Assembly: GCA_964016885.1 (NCBI GenBank)
Contig: CAXHJY010000164.1
Coordinates: forward strand, 1-38,926
Origin: Eledone cirrhosa
Lineage: Eukaryota
Length of the DNA: 38,926 nucleotides
Direction: 5' to 3'
The notes beneath the pieces are model-generated. The model ran no database searches. It was not told the origin of the DNA and saw nothing but the letters and a program-made list of their open reading frames with translations. Below, in pieces: positions 28,253 through 38,926 of the stretch (its first letter is position 1; each line of letters opens with the position of its first letter). The position numbers and the translations under genes were made by a program.

Positions 28253-28427
28253 ATATAGATGAGATTCTACAGGACTAGAACTGCTTCATTCTTTAGAAAT
28301 CATCAGTGATTCCTGATGATTTCTAAAGAATGAAACAGTTCTAGTCCTGTAGAATATCATCTATATTATAACTTTTATACTCTGCTATTTATTGAGTACC
28401 TTACCTGCGATTCAACCCGGAATAACT

Positions 28428-28433
<6 letters not shown>
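28253..28433 (+). mobile_element. Fold-back PLE-like end: 54-bp inverted repeat with hammerhead core plus tail, in (TA)n
   Basis: 28253-28306 pairs with 28313-28366 (2 mismatches, 6-nt loop). The right arm starts CTGATGA-T-TTC-taaa-GAA-T-GAAAC-agttcta-GTC. The tail reads actctgcta..tattgagtac..tgcg..acccgg..cttacc. Confidence 0.8.
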
Positions 28434-28492
<59 letters not shown>

Positions 28493-29129
28493 TATACACA
28501 CATGTATATATACGTATCTATCACAAACGTGACATATTTTTATTTGTTATGTTTTGAAGCCCATTTTAAAATATTAAATTTACGTTTTATCATCGCGGTT
28601 ATAAATATTTTTTTATTATCTGTAACACAGTGTATAAATTATTTCAAACATAATTTACAAATATTTTTCATATTTTAAATTCCTTTTTACAGTATTTATA
28701 AAATTAAAATTATAATCACTTATATAGGCGATATTACAGATTCCTATTACAAGATCTTTTTTACCCCCGATATATCGAAATTAAATTTAAAGGTCGAATC
28801 AGATTTTGCTAGAGAGATGTTTTTAAAAAATTATATATCTACACAAATTATAGCCATACACATTTATATTATAATAAATGCACACAATTTCGTCTGTCTG
28901 TCATACGAACACTGAGATTGTTTAAATAAAATCTTTCTGAAATATATATTTAGTATAATGTATTTAGTAGTAATGTGAGCCAATGGAAGGGGGAAGTGTT
29001 TGTAAATGTTTTCGTTCATTCTAAATACAATTTAGCGTTCTCCGTCAAGTATTTGATTGGTTTGGCATCATACACACAAACACACACAAACACACACACA
29101 CACACGTATATATACATATATACACACAC

Positions 29130-29172
<43 letters not shown>

Positions 29173-29231
29173 AGTATATATATACATACATATACACACG
29201 CATATATATATATATACATATACACACACAA

Positions 29232-29270
<39 letters not shown>

Positions 29271-29517
29271 CACACATATATATACATAAATACACGTATA
29301 TATATATATATACATATACACACGTATATATATATACACGTATACAAACATATATACACACGTATATATATATATATATACATATACACACGTATATATA
29401 TATACATGTATACATACATATATACACACGCATATACGTGTACATATATTTGTGTATACATTTTTTGAACACCCTACATATATATATATATATATATAAA
29501 AATACATACAGCCACAC

Positions 29518-29568
<51 letters not shown>

Positions 29569-29707
29569 CAATATACAAAGCTATCAAATACATCTCTCTC
29601 TTCCTCTCTTTCTCGCCATATTTATTTTCACCTAAATCTACTATCTTTCAATCCACAAACTAATCTCTACGCATATATATATATATATACATATACCTCA
29701 GTAGCAT

Positions 29708-29769
<62 letters not shown>

Positions 29770-29858
29770 CATATACATATATGCACATATATATATATAC
29801 ATATATATACATATATATATATACATACACATACATATATGCACATATATATATATAT

Positions 29859-29925
<67 letters not shown>

Positions 29926-29951
29926 CATATACATATATGCACATATATACA

Positions 29952-30055
<104 letters not shown>

Positions 30056-30076
30056 TACATATACATATATACACAT

Positions 30077-30118
<42 letters not shown>

Positions 30119-30139
30119 GCATATATACATATATACATA

Positions 30140-30224
<85 letters not shown>

Positions 30225-30550
30225 CTATATACATATATATATGCATATATATATTTTTTTCATTGCATCTTCCAGGTTTCACCGAATCCACCAATCCCCC
30301 TCTACCCCCAATATCCCCCCCCCATCCTAATCCACCTTCCATCCCCCACAGTGTTCATGATTACTTCCCGTTCGTTTCATTTTTCTTATTATATATCTCA
30401 TTTCTTTATTAATATATGGCGGACCATTGCTAATAATTCCGATCTGTATATCTCAGATATTTCTTTACTGTTGTTTACCTATGGTTTATATACATTTTTT
30501 ATACGTACATTCAATCACGGAGCATTTCCAAACACACACAGATGCGTGTA

Positions 30551-30643
<93 letters not shown>

Positions 30644-30655
30644 TCAACACGCACA

Positions 30656-30741
<86 letters not shown>

Positions 30742-30795
30742 TATATATACATATATATATATGTGTATATATACACACCACAAGCACATGCATAT

Positions 30796-30923
<128 letters not shown>

Positions 30924-30960
30924 TATATATATATATGTATATAAACACACCACACGCACA

Positions 30961-30999
<39 letters not shown>

Positions 31000-31032
31000 A
31001 TATATATATATATTTAATATATGTATATATTT

Positions 31033-31120
<88 letters not shown>

Positions 31121-31211
31121 TACACACACTACACATATATGCATATATATATATACGCCACAGACACGCACTTGCATATATATACACACAAACATATATG
31201 TATATAAATAA

Positions 31212-31296
<85 letters not shown>

Positions 31297-31397
31297 GGTG
31301 TGTGTGTGTGTGTACTATCACGTGATCGCAGAATTTGTTTTTTTCAAATGCTACAGAATATTGCGTGCCTTCATGTAAATTGTATAAATAAGTCACT

Positions 31398-31441
<44 letters not shown>

Positions 31442-31449
31442 ATTGTGTG

Positions 31450-31549
<100 letters not shown>

Positions 31550-31669
31550 TCCTTTGAGTCATCATGCACGCTTATTGATTTAATATCGCGTGTAGATGAA
31601 AAAAATACTGCATCGCCCAGGTTCAAATGAGTATATATATATACATATATATATATATATACATACTAC

Positions 31670-31768
<99 letters not shown>

Positions 31769-31992
31769 TAACATATATGCATTATATATATATATATATA
31801 TATTACATATATACATAATATATATGTATTATATATATATATAGGTTTGTATATAGATTACATACATATATGATATATGTATATATCTAAACACATACAC
31901 ACGCATGTATATATATGCATAAGTATAGATTACACACATCGCAATGTACTGCTTAGGTTCATGTGAGTACACACATAAGAAATGATACATAC

Positions 31993-32132
<140 letters not shown>

Positions 32133-32188
32133 ATACATATATAAATATATATGTATATATATATATATACGTATACATATATATATGC

Positions 32189-32264
<76 letters not shown>

Positions 32265-32282
32265 GCATATATATATGTATAC

Positions 32283-32314
<32 letters not shown>

Positions 32315-32316
32315 TT

Positions 32317-32451
<135 letters not shown>

Positions 32452-32565
32452 TATATTCTCTCTACATATGAAAATTAGCAAATAGGACCATCACACAAAT
32501 CAGTCTGAACGTAGATAGTCCGAGAACAAAGGGAAAGATTCACTGAATATTGGTATATATTAATG

Positions 32566-32630
32566 AAAGTTAACCTCGGCGGGATTTAAACTCAGATCTT
32601 AAAGGCCCGTAACTCTATGCTGCAAGGCAC
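32566..32630 (-). mobile_element. SINE fragment (B-box region)
   Basis: aaagttaacctcggcgggatttaaactcaga...ggcccgtaactctatgctgca matches 1934-1994. Confidence 0.85.
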
Positions 32631-32632
32631 GG

Positions 32633-32714
<82 letters not shown>

Positions 32715-32737
32715 AACATATATATCTCTCTCTCTCC

Positions 32738-32768
<31 letters not shown>

Positions 32769-32778
32769 CATATATATA

Positions 32779-32817
<39 letters not shown>

Positions 32818-32905
32818 ATATATCTATCTCTCTATATATATATATATATATGTTCTTGAATGTTTGGTAGGTAGAGTCCATAACACCAATCAAACCCCTT
32901 TTATA

Positions 32906-32950
32906 GCTCTGACGGATCCTACGGTTACGTAAGGAAGAAACATTGTAAGC
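32906..32950 (+). ncRNA. Minimal type I hammerhead motif with one core variant
   Basis: GCT-CTGACGG-A-TCCTACG-gtta-CGTAAGGA-A-GAAAC-att-GTA-AGC. Helices I, II and III can all form. It sits in a ~145-bp island between (TA)n tracts. Confidence 0.65.
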
Positions 32951-33006
32951 CCACAAAAATCTTTTGATGTTTTAGACGCTCTTGTGTTCTTTATCATATA
33001 TATCTA

Positions 33007-33111
<105 letters not shown>

Positions 33112-33320
33112 GTATATATATATATATACGTGTATATATATATATGTATGTATATATATACGTGTACATATATATGTACGTCAATACTCATCTTTTTCCA
33201 TTGATCTGAGGGTACTAAACCCCATTATCAGACTAACATTTCTTTAGTTAAAAAATACGGTGAAAATTATTCTATTTTCTAAATTCAAACCTGCTCACTG
33301 TTTCAAAACATACTTACTTG

Positions 33321-33371
<51 letters not shown>

Positions 33372-33425
33372 TATAAATATATATATATGTTATAATATAT
33401 ATCATATATATATACATAATATATA

Positions 33426-33618
<193 letters not shown>

Positions 33619-33920
33619 GTATATATATACATATATATGCACATGCATATATATATGTATATATCTATACACAGGTATATAAATATACATATATATATAT
33701 ACACACATATATATATTTACCCAAAGAAAAACGACACAGCTTGTACTTAGATACACATACATATATACACACACACATATATACACACACACATATACAC
33801 ATGCACATTATAACCAAAACAAATATAGGAAATAAAAAGTTGTTTTTAAATACACCTGGGAACTCTCCCCTCCCCAACTTTATATTAATAAACCAAGGTA
33901 AAGTTACACGTATTTCAAGG

Positions 33921-33966
<46 letters not shown>

Positions 33967-34071
33967 CTGTCATATATCTTTATAGCTGTTCAGATATATA
34001 TTCTCCTATCCCCCCCAGTCGCATTCTTTAAATTGGTCTTTATCATTTTCTCATCCATTAATATATATATA

Positions 34072-34229
<158 letters not shown>

Positions 34230-34243
34230 TTTATATATATATT

Positions 34244-34416
<173 letters not shown>

Positions 34417-35332
34417 GAAAGGTATAGAAAGTATTGTAACAAGAAGCCAACAGTATTACATAATATATAATATAAATATATATATATATACAGGTGACAA
34501 TGTGTAGGTGTGTGTGTTTATATTATCTCCGAATTTCCTATTCGTTTCTGTTTGAAAATGTATTTAAGAATTTTCCTTTGTCTTATTGTTGTTATTGTCT
34601 TGTTATTGTTGTTGTTTCTGTTGTTGTTATTGTGTTGTTTTTGTTGTTGTTATTGTTGTTGTTGTTGCTGTTGTTATTGCTGCTATAGCTGTTGTTGCTA
34701 TTGCTGTTGTTGCTCTTATAGCTGTTGCTTTTGTTGTTGTTTTTGTTCTTGTTGTTGTTGCTGTTGTCCTTAATGCTTTAGAAATTCAACTATATTATAA
34801 AATGTACATCTTCTGCAAATAATCATTTTGACGTGCTTCTCTCTCTCCCTCTCTCCCCCTCTCTCTGCCCCTCTCTGCCCCTCTCTCTGCCCCTCTCTCC
34901 CCCTCTCTCTGCCCCTCTCTCTCCCTCTCTCCCCTATCTCTCTCCCTCGCTCTCCCTGTATCTCTCCCTCTCTCCCCCTCTCTCTCTCCTTGTCTCTCCC
35001 TGTGTCTCTTTGTCTCTCTCTACCCATTTTCTCACTCTGTTTAACTGTCTCTCACTCCCCATCTCGCTGTGTCTCTCTCCCTCTATCGCTCTCTCTGTCT
35101 CACCGTCTCTCTACCTTATTCCCATTCTCTCTAACTGTCTTTACCTCTCTCTCTTTCCCTCTGTCTCCCCCTGTCTCTCCTGCTCCCTATCACTCTCTGT
35201 CTCTATCTGTGCTACTCCCTCTGTCTGTCTTTAAATTATATATACAGTATATATATATATATATATGCAAATATATATATATATATATATATACAGTAGA
35301 TATATATATATATATATATTTATGTATGTATA

Positions 35333-35376
<44 letters not shown>

Positions 35377-35385
35377 TGTATACAT

Positions 35386-35452
<67 letters not shown>

Positions 35453-35480
35453 AATATATATATATATATATATATACAGT

Positions 35481-35524
<44 letters not shown>

Positions 35525-35625
35525 ACTGTATATATAGATATATATATACTGTATACATATACATACATATATATATATATATATACACACATATATATAT
35601 ATATATATGTATATGTATGTATATA

Positions 35626-35656
<31 letters not shown>

Positions 35657-35664
35657 TTATATGT

Positions 35665-35720
<56 letters not shown>

Positions 35721-35790
35721 ATATATATATATATACATATAAATATATGTATATATACATATATATGTATATATATATATACACATATAA

Positions 35791-35821
<31 letters not shown>

Positions 35822-35847
35822 CCCACATATATATATATATGTATATG

Positions 35848-35916
<69 letters not shown>

Positions 35917-35988
35917 CTCTGTCAGTGTCTCTCTCACACTTCCTCACACAGACACTCACAAACACGCTAACTCTCTCTCCCTCTCGCC

Positions 35989-36036
<48 letters not shown>

Positions 36037-36578
36037 GATGGATGTGTAACTATATACACAATACATTCAAATGAAAGCCAACAGGTGCGTGTGTTTATAT
36101 TGGCAACATGACCCTACCCAAGTATAACAATATCTGCTTCAACACACGTCTTCAGATAAGAAATCTTGCAAATGAAATACAGAAACGAAGTCATGGTGGT
36201 GGTGGTGATGTGGTGGCGCGAGTGGTGGTGTATGTAAGTAGTAAACGAGGTAAAGGTGGTGGTGGTGGTGGTGTTGGTGGTGCTGGTGGTGTAGTGGCGG
36301 TGGTGGTGCTGTAAGTTCAAAAGCAAAGTGTCATTTAAAAACCATCTTCAATCTTCTTTAAAATAAAGCTGTTTAGAATGTGGCTTGCATTTTCTAGCAG
36401 CTTCCAATATAAATACGCACACACACACACACATATACACACATACACACACACACACACATACACACACATATACACCCACACACATACACATATACAC
36501 ACACACACACACACTTCCACACACACACACACATATACACCCACACGCACACACACGCACACACACACTTACACACTT

Positions 36579-36609
<31 letters not shown>

Positions 36610-36699
36610 CAGATATGTGCATAGTTATTCGTGTAAACCTCTACTATACATGTTGCTGTTGTTGTTATTGTTACACACATCATCATCATCATCATTATT

Positions 36700-36754
<55 letters not shown>

Positions 36755-36756
<2 letters not shown>

Positions 36757-36915
36757 GGAAATTTTTCATTGTTATTTTTTATTACATCCTCTGTTTTTGT
36801 TTTTTACACGCAGAAATACCCATTTGTACCGTCCTGTATTGTCCTGTACTGTCCTTAATGTCTACTTTATGTAAACCCTTGTGGTTAATAAAGAAATCCT
36901 TATTATTATTATTAT
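36755..36915 (+). mobile_element. Second, shorter copy of the LINE 3' tail in (ATT)n
   Basis: Near-identical to 27097-27250. Confidence 0.85.
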
Positions 36916-37123
36916 TGTTGTTGTCGCTCTCGTTGATGTTATTGTCGTTGTTGTTATAGTTGTTGTCTTTTGCAAGGGGTATATACACATCCTTATGGCG
37001 GTTAACAGCGATAATCCAGTGTGTTTATTGCGTATATAAGACCTACAATATATTCCGCAGTAAATACTTACATGCATATTAAAATAGCTGCATGTCTTTT
37101 AATCACGGTTTTTATTTGTTTCA

Positions 37124-37243
<120 letters not shown>

Positions 37244-37375
37244 TAAAATAACCGATATATATATATATTTATGTACTATATACATATATATATATTTGTT
37301 ATATATTTATACACATATATATAATATATATATTTACATTCAGATTTCCATATACATATATATATATATATATGC

Positions 37376-37460
<85 letters not shown>

Positions 37461-37780
37461 TATATAGACATGTGTGTGTACAAACGGATATACACTCATA
37501 ATACATAGAACCATATTTTGAATAATGTTTATATAATCATATATATTTCTATATACAGTTCCTAATAGTATGCATGTATGTATATATCCATATCTATGTA
37601 TGTATGTATATATGTATGTATGCCTGTATGTATGTATGTAACTATATATGTATGTTCGTTTGTATTCATGCACACACATATATAAATATATATATATATA
37701 ATTTATACACACACATATATAAATATACATACATACATATATGCATATATACGTATCTATATTCTATATCTCTTTGTGTG

Positions 37781-37819
<39 letters not shown>

Positions 37820-37917
37820 GTATACATATATATGCATGTACATAAACAAACTTATCTCTTCTTTCTATTATCTACCTATCTGTATACACGAAATCACACA
37901 CACATGCACACACACAC

Positions 37918-37949
<32 letters not shown>

Positions 37950-38072
37950 GTATATATATTTATGTATATATATATATGCGTGTGAGTTATAAACAAACAG
38001 ACACTCACTCACAGACACACATATGTATATTTATATATACATACTTACATTTATTCATACACATATATAGTG

Positions 38073-38106
<34 letters not shown>

Positions 38107-38390
38107 TATATAAGCATATTCACTTTCCACTTCTTTAATCAGCGATGCGTAAAGTTCCTTGTTAGATCATGTGCTCATGCTAACATTAAACACAGCAGTG
38201 GTTGTCTTAAGCATTTGCGATGCTATACGTTGCATGAAAAAATAATGTTAGCTTCCTGCAATATACGTAGCATGAAATAATTCCTTTATTAGGCAATGTC
38301 TAAGATGTATATGATGGATCCTCTTACGAACACTGTACAGTCACCGCTGAAATATTTTGTGAATATATTTACACAGTTCGGATATAATAA

Positions 38391-38457
38391 GCGTGGCTAC
38401 GTGGCTACGTGGTTAAGGTGTTTGACGCATGCTTAGTAGATTGTGTGTTCGATTTCA
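38391..38457 (+). mobile_element. tRNA-like SINE head (Pol III A/B boxes)
   Basis: TGGCTACGTGG (A-box-like, locally duplicated), then GTTCGATTTC (B-box-like). No intact cloverleaf. Confidence 0.5.
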
Positions 38458-38565
38458 ATGTATCTTTATCCATAGACGGGGACTGTCCTATTCAATTAAT
38501 GGTTCACACTGCTTTACCGGATTCCCTTGACAGTCACCATCCATGGACCCGATTCTACAATTCAT

Positions 38566-38743
38566 TGGCAGTATCGGTAGAGGGTCGGACGTCATGCTTT
38601 GACGTATAGAGTTACGGCCCTTGCCATTCTGAGTTCAAATCTCGCCGAGGTTAACTTTACCTGTCATCCTTACAGGGACGATAAATGAAGTACCAGTAAT
38701 GCACTGGGTAATTGCTGGCCTTGTGCCAAACGTAGAAGCAATC
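38566..38743 (+). mobile_element. Near-full-length tRNA-derived SINE
   Basis: A-box-like TGGCAGTATCGG (38566) and B-box GAGTTCAAATC (38631). The body is shared with five other copies in the window. Confidence 0.9.
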
Positions 38744-38884
38744 ATATACGACAGGTCAGGTGTTGTAGTTTATTTCATCAGAAACCTGCTTGATATAGGT
38801 TTTGGTTTGTCATACTCTGCTAGCTCTTCCTTGGGCAGGTAGGTTAACCCATAACTCTTTTCAATTATATAATAAACTGAAAAC

Positions 38885-38926
38885 GCAGTGCTCCAGCATG
38901 ATCGTGGTTAAATGATTGAAAGCAGT
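38885..38926 (+). mobile_element. 3' portion of the second SINE-like family (runs off the window)
   Basis: gcagtgctccagcatg...atgattgaaa resembles 12205-12245. Confidence 0.55.

Noticed and set aside
33205-33235. Minus-strand CTGATAA-TGGGG..CCC similar to the 1150 motif
   Set aside because: No GAAA or cleavage triplet follows.
38391-38460. Possible tRNA gene
   Set aside because: Only A/B boxes are present, with no acceptor or anticodon stems; treated as a SINE head.
38409-38609. 66-aa non-repetitive ORF
   Set aside because: It begins at a GTG within a SINE head, ends in another SINE and has no recognisable similarity.
38775-38781. Isolated CTGATGA on the minus strand
   Set aside because: No downstream helix II or GAAA.

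Overview
Gene-free, extremely AT-rich eukaryotic (animal) non-coding DNA. Roughly two thirds is microsatellite: (TA)n, (CA)n, (GA)n, (TAG)n, (ATT)n, (CTT)n, (CAT)n. Almost every ORF in the track is a translation of these repeats, and no real CDS is supported. The recurrent tRNA-derived SINE resembles, from memory, octopod cephalopod SINEs (inference, not searched). Other mobile DNA: a non-autonomous Helitron, Tc1/mariner-like termini and LINE 3' ends. The most notable signal is a set of short islands lodged in (TA)n tracts. They variously combine a fold-back inverted repeat, a type I hammerhead-ribozyme core (CTGANGA...GAAA...TH) and a shared tail motif, which fits Penelope-like element (PLE)/retrozyme ends. 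The best example is a perfect palindrome with 100-bp arms at 4736-4937, carrying a complete hammerhead on each strand. A second theme is an apparent excess of YY1/Pho (GCCAT) motifs, including a 17-unit tandem array, next to GAGA tracts and homeodomain-site clusters. This suggests regulatory DNA near a developmental gene.
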